In this document: positions 23,519 to 33,958 of the stretch, piece by piece | Layout: the number at the start of each line of letters is the position of its first letter | Numbering within the stretch: the first letter of the stretch is position 1 | Assembly: GCF_037042905.1 (NCBI RefSeq) | Contig: NC_087248.1 | Span: 13,888,001 to 13,952,000 of the forward strand | Direction of reading: 5' to 3' | Source: Lytechinus pictus | Taxonomy: Eukaryota | DNA length: 64,000 nucleotides | The notes under the pieces: model-generated | Told to the model about the DNA's origin: nothing | The model's database searches: none | The model's input: the letters and a program-made list of their open reading frames with translations, nothing else | Translations under genes and position numbers: made by a program

Positions 23519-26500
23519 TCACAGATCCCCTTCCAAAATTAGGCATAACTTGCTAACAGGTCTCAGCCGCACACCCATCTTGGTTTTGACCTCACATTGA
23601 CGGATGAGACCCTTCCTATCAGGCCTCGTCTGTAGCACTCGTCCCAGTAGCCAGGAGTTTCTCGGTGCATTTTGGTCAACCAAAAGGACAACGTCGCCAA
23701 CCTGGATGTTGCGTCTCGGGGAAACCCATCTCTGCCTGGCTTGCAGTTGAGGTAAGTATTCTTTTACCCATCTAGACCAGAATACATCCGACAGGTACTG
23801 CACTTGCCGCCATCTTCTCCTTGCATATACATCCGTATTGACAGTGATGGAAGGAGGTAGCTGTGGTTTAGTGTTCAGTAGAAGCACATGATTTGGAGTT
23901 AACGCTTCCACATCATTGACATCATTTGTTACCATGGTGATTGGCCTGCTATTTATGATACTCTCTATTTCACAGAAAAGTGTTTGCAGGCCTTCATCAG
24001 TCAGTATCTGCTGTGTAGTGAGAGAAAATAGCACCTTTCTGACAGTCTTGATCATTCTCTCCCACACTCCTCCATGATGCGAGGCACCTGGGGGGTTAAA
24101 GGTCCACTTTACTTCCTTCTGGAGGAGCTCATCATGGAGTTGTGACTGGTTCCATTTTCTGATTTCCATTTTTAGCTCCTTCTCAGCTCCGACTAAATTG
24201 GTACCATTGTCAGATCTGATCTCTTTAACATTTCCTCTCCTTGCCATAAATCGTCTGATGGCATTTATACATGAGTCAGTGTCTAAGGAATGTGCCATCT
24301 CCATATGAATAGCACGTATCGCCAGACATGTGAATACTACTCCATACCGTTTCTCCATGCAGCGTCCCCTTTTCACATCTATAGGTCCGAAATAGTCCAC
24401 ACCAACTCTAGTAAAGGGGGGCTCATCTGGTCTGATTCTGTCTTCAGGTAAATCGGACATCTGCTGTTCCATTACCTTTCCTCTCTGCCTTTTACACATG
24501 ACACATTTGCCCACCATATTTCTAATCAATGAGCTGGCTCCTGTTATCCAGTACTTCTGATGAAGGATTGATATCATGTGATTTCTGCCACTGTGACCAG
24601 ATACTTCATGAATTTTCCTCAGAATAAGCATAGTCACGTGACTGTCTTTAGGCAGTATCACTGGGTGATTAGCTTCATGTGGTAGAGAAGACCTACTCAA
24701 TCTGCCACCCACTCGAAGGAGGCCATCATCCATCTTAGGATCCAGCTTGTAGATCTTACTGTTTTTCTTTACTGTCTTCCACTTCTGATTAGCTCCACCA
24801 TCGTCTGACTGTGCTGTGTTCAAGGCATTTATTTCCTCTGGAAATGCTCTCTTTTGCTCATATGAAAGAATTTTCTTCTCTGCTTCTCTCATTTCATCTA
24901 GTGTCAGTCTAGCTTTCAAAGTCTCTGGTGGATCAGATTTATGTTTGAGCCATACAAAGAACCTCCGAATCCAGCATACTGCTCTCTTCAACCTGTACCA
25001 AGTGGAGTAGTGGCTCAGAAATTCCAAAGTATGGTCAGTCTCAGTTGTCTCCACCATGAATGACTTCCCGTCACTTTTGACCTCAAGATCACTGTCATTT
25101 CCTAGTTTGACATCTGTCACATCTTCAGGCCATGTACTCTCATCATGATAGAGGAAGTCAGGTCCATGTAGCCATCTTTTGTTTTCCTTCATCTCATTGG
25201 CAGTCATACCCCTAGAGGCTTCGTCAGCAGGATTCAGACTTGTCCTCACATGACGCCACTGGTTTGGGTCTGACTTATCTCTGATTGCTGCAACTCTATT
25301 AGCAACAAATGTTTTGAACCTCCTGTCCTCGTTCTTGATATATCTCAAGACAATGGTACTGTCAGTCCAGAACGTCGACTTTGAGATGTTGACATCTAGC
25401 TCCTGTCTCAGAACTCCATCAAGTTTTGTTGCTAGAGTTGCTGCCATTAGTTCAAGCCTCGGCACTGTTACTTTCTTTAAGGGTGTGAGTCTAGACTTGG
25501 CCAATATCAGACTACAATTCACTGTCCCTTCTGTGTTTACCATCACTAAGTAACTCACTGCTCCGTAGGCCTTCTCTGATGCATCAGAAAAATGGTGTAA
25601 CTGGTAGTCCTTCACAGCCCCGAAGTCATGTGGCTTGATACATCTATTTATTGACATGTTTGACATCTCTGGCAGATCCTTCAGCCAGTCTTCCCATTCT
25701 TGTCCTTCACGGTCAGGTACTGGTTCATCCCATTTTAACTTCAATCTGCATAACTCTTGCAAAATGCTCTTTGCCTTCAGGATGTAAGGACTGATGAACC
25801 CCAGAGGATCGTAAATGGACGAAACCACACTCAGCAAACCTCTCCTTGTAGGTGGCTTCTTCTTCGGTACAGCCTTGTACACGAAGCAGTCAGTTTCAAT
25901 GTCCCAACTCAGTCCGAGAGCCCTGTCTACTGGAAGTGCATCATGGTTTAAATCTAATCCCTTTGCCTGCTTTGCTCTCTCTGTTTCTGGGATTGATTCC
26001 AGCACATCAGGATGATTACTTAGCCATTTGGTGAGTCTGAACCCACCTTCCAAGAGCAAACTTCTCAGCTCAGCAGCAATCTTTACAGCTCTCTGTACAT
26101 CATCCACGGACACCAGACAATCGTCCACGTAGAAATTGTGTTGTACCATCTTGACAACTTCCTCATCATACTCTGCCCGATGATCTGCAGCTGTCAGGCG
26201 AAGGGCATAAGTGCAGCAGCTGGGACTCCATGTCCCCCCAAACAAGTGGACACACATTCTATAGACCTCTGGTTGAGCTGTCATATCTCCTGAAGGCCAC
26301 CACAGGAACTTAAGCACATCTCTATCTGCTTCTGGAACCCTCACCTGATGAAACATGGCCTCTATATCAACCATTATTGCCACTGGTGCTTGTCTGAATC
26401 TGAGAAGAACTCCAATGAGTTTATTTGTTAGGTCTGGACCTTGGTAGACTACATCGTTCAAAGCAGTCCCATTACACTTTGAGGCACAGTCGAAAACGAT

Positions 26501-28450
26501 TCGCACCTTATCCGGCTTCATGGCATGCAGGACTGGGTGGTGGGGAAGGTACCATTGTGCCTTATCATCGTGGAAGGAATCTTCTTTAGGCACCTTTTCA
26601 CAGAAGCCCTTCTGTAACAGATCATTCATGCCTTCTGTGTATTTTGAGCGCAATCTGTCATCCTTGCTCAGTTTTCTGCTAAGGCTCACCAGTCTCTGCT
26701 CTGCTACCCATCTGTTATTTGGAAGCTCTGGTGGTCGCTGTTTAAATGGTATGGGCAGCTGATAATGTCCATCTTCCATGGCCTTTCCTTTTGCCCATAT
26801 CTCAGTTACCTTTCTGTCATTCACCGACAGGCCTCTTTCATCAGCGGTTTCTGCTTCCAACTTCCAAAATCTTTCAAGCTGCGTCTCCAGATGACAATCC
26901 CCATCAATAAAGCTGCTTGAAGCCTTGACATGTCCCTGATTAGCCTCTCCAGATATCGGACCATGTAAGGACCATCCAAGAATTGTACGTACAGCATATG
27001 GTCCAGTCTCTGCCTTTCTCACCTCCAGAGGAATGAGGGCCTCAGGTGCATCTTGACCAATCAACAGACCGATCTCTTGCCCTCTTGCAATTGGCAAATT
27101 AATATCTTGTAGATGAGGCCAACCAGAAATCTCTCCTACTGATGCCATGTGATCACTCCTGATGTTTATCCTCTCCTTAGTGAATACATTTTCTATCCTA
27201 ACTGCTTCAGACATTGGGCCAGTATCAACCACCAGATCCACTACCTTGGTTTCCAATGTCTGTTCATTGTCGATGGTGGTCAACGATAGCCTCTGTGTCT
27301 GACCTTTGGCATTCAACTTCTCCGCCAGGCTCTTGGTACAGAAGGAGTTCGTGGATCCTGTATCCAACAAAGCAAATGTTCTCAATGCTTTACCACCAGA
27401 TGCTGTTTGGACTCGAACAGGCACAATGGGCAGGACACATCTTTTACCGGCCCCCGTGGCATTACCAAAGGTGCTTTTAGCAGTCTCGACGAACCCATTC
27501 TGAGATGATGATGCTGTGGTCCCATCAGTCTCACTGGAACTGGATGACTGCTGTCTTGTATCCTTCAAAACATCTGTCTTCTGTGAATCGTCCTTCCTCT
27601 TAAGATGCAGAAACCTACTATGTTTCCTATTACATCCTTTCACAGAGCAGGTTCTATTTAGGAAACATTTACTTGAACTGTGTCCTGGCTTGAGACAATT
27701 AAAGCATAAATGCTTATCCTTCGCCATTTGCAAACGTTCTTCAGGTTTCATGTCCTTAAACAGGTTGCAAGAAAAGATGCCATGGTCCTTGTCACAAAGA
27801 ACACAGTCCACTTCCTTCTTCTTCTCTGATCCAGCAAAGTTGACCCCAGCTGCTTGAGATGATCTTTTCCCAAGTGACTGTTTTGATCCTTGAGGCTGCT
27901 TCTTCTTGTCTCCAAACAGCTCTCCATAGACTGGATCATTGATTTCACAGGCTGCGTCAGTCACAAAGCGTACCACATCTTTCAACTTGGGAGATCTACC
28001 TTGGTGACGGACATCTTTGACGACCTTGAGCCACCTGGCTCTCAGATAATAAGGCAGTCTCTCTACAATCTTTACAAGGTGTTGTTGCGAACTTATCTCT
28101 GCAACCATGTCCACCGCCTGTAGAGTCTCGCAGCAAACCTGCAGCTCATCTGCGAACTTCTGCAGTCCTTTCTTGTCACTTGGCTGCAATGTTGGCCCAT
28201 TAATGACTTTCTTTGTCCAAGCATCTCCTATCTTGAACTTGTTGCCATATCGTTCTTCCAGGATGCTTCTGGCTTTCTTGTAGGCTACTGCAGAGTCCAT
28301 GACCATACACGACTGAATAATGGATCTTGTTTCACCTTGGCAACAACTGAATAACTTCAGAAGCTTGGAGCTGTCATCCAGGGACGTCCTTCCTACCAGA
28401 CTGTCAAATGATGTGATAAATTCATGGTAGTGTAGAGGACTTCCATGCAT
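23519..28450 (-). CDS. BEL/Pao Gag-Pol polyprotein (N-terminally truncated Gag, PR, RT, RNase H, integrase), 1643 aa
   Basis: Three Cys/His knuckles (CVLC..H..C, CFNC..GH..C, CSVKGC..H..LH), protease LLDTGS, RT YVDD, RNase H FSDAS, integrase HHCC plus GVDYFGP, SDNGTN, GVWER. BEL domain order, no internal stops. Confidence 0.95.
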   Translation of the reverse strand: MHGSPLHYHEFITSFDSLVGRTSLDDSSKLLKLFSCCQGETRSIIQSCMVMDSAVAYKKARSILEERYGNKFKIGDAWTKKVINGPTLQPSDKKGLQKFADELQVCCETLQAVDMVAEISSQQHLVKIVERLPYYLRARWLKVVKDVRHQGRSPKLKDVVRFVTDAACEINDPVYGELFGDKKKQPQGSKQSLGKRSSQAAGVNFAGSEKKKEVDCVLCDKDHGIFSCNLFKDMKPEERLQMAKDKHLCFNCLKPGHSSSKCFLNRTCSVKGCNRKHSRFLHLKRKDDSQKTDVLKDTRQQSSSSSETDGTTASSSQNGFVETAKSTFGNATGAGKRCVLPIVPVRVQTASGGKALRTFALLDTGSTNSFCTKSLAEKLNAKGQTQRLSLTTIDNEQTLETKVVDLVVDTGPMSEAVRIENVFTKERINIRSDHMASVGEISGWPHLQDINLPIARGQEIGLLIGQDAPEALIPLEVRKAETGPYAVRTILGWSLHGPISGEANQGHVKASSSFIDGDCHLETQLERFWKLEAETADERGLSVNDRKVTEIWAKGKAMEDGHYQLPIPFKQRPPELPNNRWVAEQRLVSLSRKLSKDDRLRSKYTEGMNDLLQKGFCEKVPKEDSFHDDKAQWYLPHHPVLHAMKPDKVRIVFDCASKCNGTALNDVVYQGPDLTNKLIGVLLRFRQAPVAIMVDIEAMFHQVRVPEADRDVLKFLWWPSGDMTAQPEVYRMCVHLFGGTWSPSCCTYALRLTAADHRAEYDEEVVKMVQHNFYVDDCLVSVDDVQRAVKIAAELRSLLLEGGFRLTKWLSNHPDVLESIPETERAKQAKGLDLNHDALPVDRALGLSWDIETDCFVYKAVPKKKPPTRRGLLSVVSSIYDPLGFISPYILKAKSILQELCRLKLKWDEPVPDREGQEWEDWLKDLPEMSNMSINRCIKPHDFGAVKDYQLHHFSDASEKAYGAVSYLVMVNTEGTVNCSLILAKSRLTPLKKVTVPRLELMAATLATKLDGVLRQELDVNISKSTFWTDSTIVLRYIKNEDRRFKTFVANRVAAIRDKSDPNQWRHVRTSLNPADEASRGMTANEMKENKRWLHGPDFLYHDESTWPEDVTDVKLGNDSDLEVKSDGKSFMVETTETDHTLEFLSHYSTWYRLKRAVCWIRRFFVWLKHKSDPPETLKARLTLDEMREAEKKILSYEQKRAFPEEINALNTAQSDDGGANQKWKTVKKNSKIYKLDPKMDDGLLRVGGRLSRSSLPHEANHPVILPKDSHVTMLILRKIHEVSGHSGRNHMISILHQKYWITGASSLIRNMVGKCVMCKRQRGKVMEQQMSDLPEDRIRPDEPPFTRVGVDYFGPIDVKRGRCMEKRYGVVFTCLAIRAIHMEMAHSLDTDSCINAIRRFMARRGNVKEIRSDNGTNLVGAEKELKMEIRKWNQSQLHDELLQKEVKWTFNPPGASHHGGVWERMIKTVRKVLFSLTTQQILTDEGLQTLFCEIESIINSRPITMVTNDVNDVEALTPNHVLLLNTKPQLPPSITVNTDVYARRRWRQVQYLSDVFWSRWVKEYLPQLQARQRWVSPRRNIQVGDVVLLVDQNAPRNSWLLGRVLQTRPDRKGLIRQCEVKTKMGVRLRPVSKLCLILEGDL

Positions 28451-29005
28451 TCAAGAGTTCAACAATTGGTATCGCAACTCGGTTTGATTTTGTGACTTGC
28501 TAACGAGGGACATACAAATTAATGAGACTTAAACGTCACAGTCTAAGAAATCTCAAAATTGTAACAGGTTAAAGTTTTAGAGAAATTTCTAAAGTTCAGA
28601 GCTTCAACGCCATTCGCGGGAAGGAATAGGGCCTATTTCCTTCCTGCATACCCGTCTTCTACTCTGTTTTGCGACTTGAGTTAAGTTGAGTTAACGAAAT
28701 CTATATAAAATCTGATGTGACCATGCAAGGTAGGCATTTTATACCACTTATGTTCTCAATTTATATAAAACGTTTTAGCTTCCGCGCTTTGCGCGGTAAG
28801 AAGAATTATTTTGAATTCCTCAATCTTTTCCTATTTTGGGGGCGCTAATAATTTCATGATTTACAAAACATGAAAAGAGTGTCCCGTTTTAGGACTATTT
28901 TTTCCGCTCGCGCTTCCCGCTCGTATTAATTATGTACTTATATACCTGTCCTGTTCATGATTACAAAAAAGTGTTTAGAATGCCCCATTTTTAAGTCAGA
29001 AAGAC

Positions 29006-32000
29006 AACAATTTCAGCTCGCGCTTTGCTCTCGCATTGTTTGATTTTTTAACAAGTCCAATTTCGATCAGGCCAGAACATATATTAAAAATTTCTACTCG
29101 CGATTCGCGCTCGCCGTAATTATTTAGTTACATACATCTTGTTCACGATAAAACATTGCTCAGAATGTTCAATTTTCAGGACAAAATACATGAAATTTCC
29201 AACAAAAAATATTTGCTCGCGCTTCGCGCTCATTTTTCAATTAGGGCTTACATGAGATTATTTATTTATGTTTTGTTAGAATGTCTCCCAACTTCATTAA
29301 ATGTGCTCGGTCGCTTCGCTCTCTCGCGTTTGCATATATTAACTATAGGGACTATATATAGCTTAGTATAACACAACAGGTTCATTATTATAGCCATTGA
29401 CAAAAGTCCTTAGAGGCCTTTAACTTAAACATAAAAAGACTTTATGCACATGGTTATATTTCCCGTATACATATCCTTAGGTGTGGGGGTGTCCCCCAAA
29501 TTTTTAATAGGTCAATAATTATTGCTTTCATCCCACCCCCTCCCGCCGTTCACTGCTCGGAACGCATTTACCACGGTGATTTCTGTTATTGTATAGTGTC
29601 ATCATAATTCTAAAACATATTAATAAAACTTAAATGAACATCAAGATCACGGCCGCTTTTGGTTGATTCCTTATTTTATCACAAAACCGGGTGATTGGCT
29701 GAGTATTCAAGTGAATAAAAACAGTATAAAGCCATTTTTGGCGAGGTTTACTTTTAGGAAAATCCCTTCATTTTGTAAAGCTCATATCCATCACATTTTG
29801 TCCGACAAGTTGTCAGATCTCACAACTTTCCTTGATGTTAATTGGCTGAGCTAGAAGCACTGTTACTGTGGTAACTGTCAGATAAAATTGGACTTGTCGG
29901 ATAAAATGTCTGACAAGTCCTACATCCCCCTATTAAATGCTCCCCAGGATTTTAAGATGAGAAAGGGTAAGGAGAGAGAAACAATTTCAGCTCGCGCTTT
30001 GCTCTCGCATTGTTTGATTTTTTAACAAGTCCAATTTCGATCAGGCCAGAACATATATTAAAAATTTCTACTCGCGATTCGCGCTCGCCGTAATTATTTA
30101 GTTACATACATCTTGTTCACGATAAAACATTGCTCAGAATGTTCAATTTTCAGGACAAAATACATGAAATTTCCAACAAAAAATATTTGCTCGCGCTTCG
30201 CGCTCATTTTTCAATTAGGGCTTACATGAGATTATTTATTTATGTTTTGTTAGAATGTCTCCCAACTTCATTAAATGTGCTCGGTCGCTTCGCTCTCTCG
30301 CGTTTGCATATATTAACTATAGGGACTATATATAGCTTAGTATAACACAACAGGTTCATTATTATAGCCATTGACAAAAGTCCTTAGAGGCCTTTAACTT
30401 AAACATAAAAAGACTTTATGCACATGGTTATATTTCCCGTATACATATCCTTAGGTGTGGGGGTGTCCCCCAAATTTTTAATAGGTCAATAATTATTGCT
30501 TTCATCCCACCCCCTCCCGCCGTTCACTGCTCGGAACGCATTTACCACGGTGATTTCTGTTATTGTATAGTGTCATCATAATTCTAAAACATATTAATAA
30601 AACTTAAATGAACATCAAGATCACGGCCGCTTTTGGTTGATTCCTTATTTTATCACAAAACCGGGTGATTGGCTGAGTATTCAAGTGAATAAAAACAGTA
30701 TAAAGCCATTTTTGGCGAGGTTTACTTTTAGGAAAATCCCTTCATTTTGTAAAGCTCATATCCATCACATTTTGTCCGACAAGTTGTCAGATCTCACAAC
30801 TTTCCTTGATGTTAATTGGCTGAGCTAGAAGCACTGTTACTGTGGTAACTGTCAGATAAAATTGGACTTGTCGGATAAAATGTCTGACAAGTCCTACATC
30901 CCCCTATTAAATGCTCCCCAGGATTTTAAGATGAGAAAGGGTAAGGAGAGAGAAACAATTTCAGCTCGCGCTTTGCTCTCGCATTGTTTGATTTTTTAAC
31001 AAGTCCAATTTCGATCAGGCCAGAACATATATTAAAAATTTCTACTCGCGATTCGCGCTCGCCGTAATTATTTAGTTACATACATCTTGTTCACGATAAA
31101 ACATTGCTCAGAATGTTCAATTTTCAGGACAAAATACATGAAATTTCCAACAAAAAATATTTGCTCGCGCTTCGCGCTCATTTTTCAATTAGGGCTTACA
31201 TGAGATTATTTATTTATGTTTTGTTAGAATGTCTCCCAACTTCATTAAATGTGCTCGGTCGCTTCGCTCTCTCGCGTTTGCATATATTAACTATAGGGAC
31301 TATATATAGCTTAGTATAACACAACAGGTTCATTATTATAGCCATTGACAAAAGTCCTTAGAGGCCTTTAACTTAAACATAAAAAGACTTTATGCACATG
31401 GTTATATTTCCCGTATACATATCCTTAGGTGTGGGGGTGTCCCCCAAATTTTTAATAGGTCAATAATTATTGCTTTCATCCCACCCCCTCCCGCCGTTCA
31501 CTGCTCGGAACGCATTTACCACGGTGATTTCTGTTATTGTATAGTGTCATCATAATTCTAAAACATATTAATAAAACTTAAATGAACATCAAGATCACGG
31601 CCGCTTTTGGTTGATTCCTTATTTTATCACAAAACCGGGTGATTGGCTGAGTATTCAAGTGAATAAAAACAGTATAAAGCCATTTTTGGCGAGGTTTACT
31701 TTTAGGAAAATCCCTTCATTTTGTAAAGCTCATATCCATCACATTTTGTCCGACAAGTTGTCAGATCTCACAACTTTCCTTGATGTTAATTGGCTGAGCT
31801 AGAAGCACTGTTACTGTGGTAACTGTCAGATAAAATTGGACTTGTCGGATAAAATGTCTGACAAGTCCTACATCCCCCTATTAAATGCTCCCCAGGATTT
31901 TAAGATGAGAAAGGGTAAGGAGAGAGAAACAATTTCAGCTCGCGCTTTGCTCTCGCATTGTTTGATTTTTTAACAAGTCCAATTTCGATCAGGCCAGAAC

Positions 32001-32906
32001 ATATATTAAAAATTTCTACTCGCGATTCGCGCTCGCCGTAATTATTTAGTTACACATACATCTTGTTCACGATAAAACATTGCTCAGAATGTTCAATTTT
32101 CAGGACAAAATACATGAAATTTCCAACAAAAAATATTTGCTCGCGCTTCGCGCTCATTTTTCAATTAGGGCTTACATGAGATTATTTATTTATGTTTTGT
32201 TAGAATGTCTCCCAACTTCATTAAATGTGCTCGGTCGCTTCGCTCTCTCGCGTTTGCATATATTAACTATAGGGACTATATATAGCTTAGTATAACACAA
32301 CAGGTTCATTATTATAGCCATTGACAAAAGTCCTTAGAGGCCTTTAACTTAAACATAAAAAGACTTTATGCACATGGTTATATTTCCCGTATACATATCC
32401 TTAGGTGTGGGGGTGTCCCCCAAATTTTTAATAGGTCAATAATTATTGCTTTCATCCCACCCCCTCCCGCCGTTCACTGCTCGGAACGCATTTACCACGG
32501 TGATTTCTGTTATTGTATAGTGTCATCATAATTCTAAAACATATTAATAAAACTTAAATGAACATCAAGATCACGGCCGCTTTTGGTTGATTCCTTATTT
32601 TATCACAAAACCGGGTGATTGGCTGAGTATTTAAGTGAATAAAAACAGTATAAAGCCATTTTTGGCGAGGTTTACTTTTAGGAAAATCCCTTCATTTTGT
32701 AAAGCTCATATCCATCACATTTTGTCCGACAAGTTGTCAGATCTCACAACTTTCCTTGATGTTAATTGGCTGAGCTAGAAGCACTGTTACTGTGGTAACT
32801 GTCAGATAAAATTGGACTTGTCGGATAAAATGTCTGACAAGTCCTACATCCCCCTATTAAATGCTCCCCAGGATTTTAAGATGAGAAAGGGTAAGGAGAG
32901 AGAAAC
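29006..32906. repeat. Tandem array of 4 near-identical ~974-bp units
   Basis: Units start at 29006, 29980, 30954 and 31928. The fourth has a 2-nt insertion and one substitution. 'aac' microhomology at the junctions. Confidence 0.95.
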
Positions 32907-33568
32907 TGATTCGGGGTGAGAGAAAATTGAAAGAGCTGTTTGTTTAAAGTGATGGCCGGCGAAAGAAAGAGAGGGATCAAAGGAAGATAGAACGAGTTAA
33001 GCAACTAAAAAGTTGAGGAAGAGAGATCGAGGGGTGAGTGAGACAGAATTAAAGAGGTAATAGGTATCTAGTACATGATATGGACTGCAGTAAATCGGAC
33101 TTTAGTTTTGTTGTAGGACAATATGCTGCTGAATTTCATCACGACAACAAGAGACTCAAAAAATATATAGACCTACATGAATAATTAGGGGATGCGGAGA
33201 GCGAATGTTGGGTCATCAGTCCAAACTGTTGGCCATGAAAAATTAGGAAAACAAAAAAATTAAAAACAAATAAATAAAACAAATGAACAAAGAAAAGGGT
33301 CATCGGCAAAAACTGTTAATGGCCATTTCGTCCCGGAAAGGCTGTTAATTTTCCTCCCTGTTTTTTTTTTTCTTGCTATAAAAAAATTGAACCCCTCCCC
33401 CTCCCTGGCTTCGATCGGCCTACGGACTTGCATGAATCGCCAATATTTTTTTAATGCAAAAATTGATGTCATATGGCCTATCCCAAAAAAATTGGGTATA
33501 TATAGGGGGGCTGATCGAGCCGAAAGCGGAGGGTGACCATGCCCCCCCCCCCCAAAAAAAAAAAAAAA

Positions 33569-33604
<36 letters not shown>

Positions 33605-33734
33605 TAACAATCAGATGCAAATTACGGTATATGTTTTTTGTTTAAAATACGATATAACGTATACGTAAGCACCCCCCCCCCCCCCCCCCCCCCCCGTTTT
33701 GTTGCCCCTGATCCGCCGGCCGCCCCTGATTCGC

Positions 33735-33928
33735 CAACACGATACACGAAGTTCTAGCTGAGCTACAGCTAGCGCTAGTTAGCTCCGAGCTCCGGCCCGG
33801 CGCGTAGCTGGGGCTGCGCTGCGTGAACTGCACCGCATCGTGCCCGCCACTGCCAGGAAGTTCTCGATCGTTCTGCTTTTTTGTCCCCTTTCATATTTTC
33901 TATTTGTCAGCAAAGCAAGTGCGCAAGA
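33735..33928 (+). promoter_or_regulatory. Probable Hikeshi promoter / 5' UTR
   Basis: CpG/GC-rich island directly before the ATG, with an imperfect heat-shock element TTCtcGATcgTTC at 33861-33873. Confidence 0.45.
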
Positions 33929-33958
33929 ATGTTTGCTTGTCTAGTTGCTGGGAGGTTG
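33929..33958 (+). CDS. HIKESHI: Hikeshi coding exon 1 ([10 protein letters not shown])
   Basis: ATG at 33929, donor TTG|gtaagt. Matches the conserved Hikeshi N-terminus (MFGCLVAGRL type). CpG-rich promoter-like DNA just upstream. Confidence 0.9.

Larger units (their letters stand above)
20980..28540 (-). mobile_element. BEL/Pao LTR retrotransposon with atypical inverted ends (one LTR plus an inverted 98-bp U5 copy)
   Basis: TG...CA termini. 5-bp TSD GTCTA at 20975-20979 and 28541-28545. 20980-21077 is the exact reverse complement of 28443-28540. Contains gag-pol ORF, PPT and 3' LTR. Confidence 0.92.

Noticed and set aside
24816-28123. Plus-strand ORFs overlapping the BEL polyprotein
   Set aside because: Antisense shadows of the gag-pol frame.
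29156-32295. Repeated 71-aa and 63-aa ORFs
   Set aside because: By-products of the 974-bp tandem array. TTG starts, no recognisable domains, and one copy is broken by a point change.
20216-33728. One large CAGGGG-ended transposon spanning the BEL element and the tandem array
   Set aside because: Candidate termini are only weakly complementary and the flanks show no TSD.
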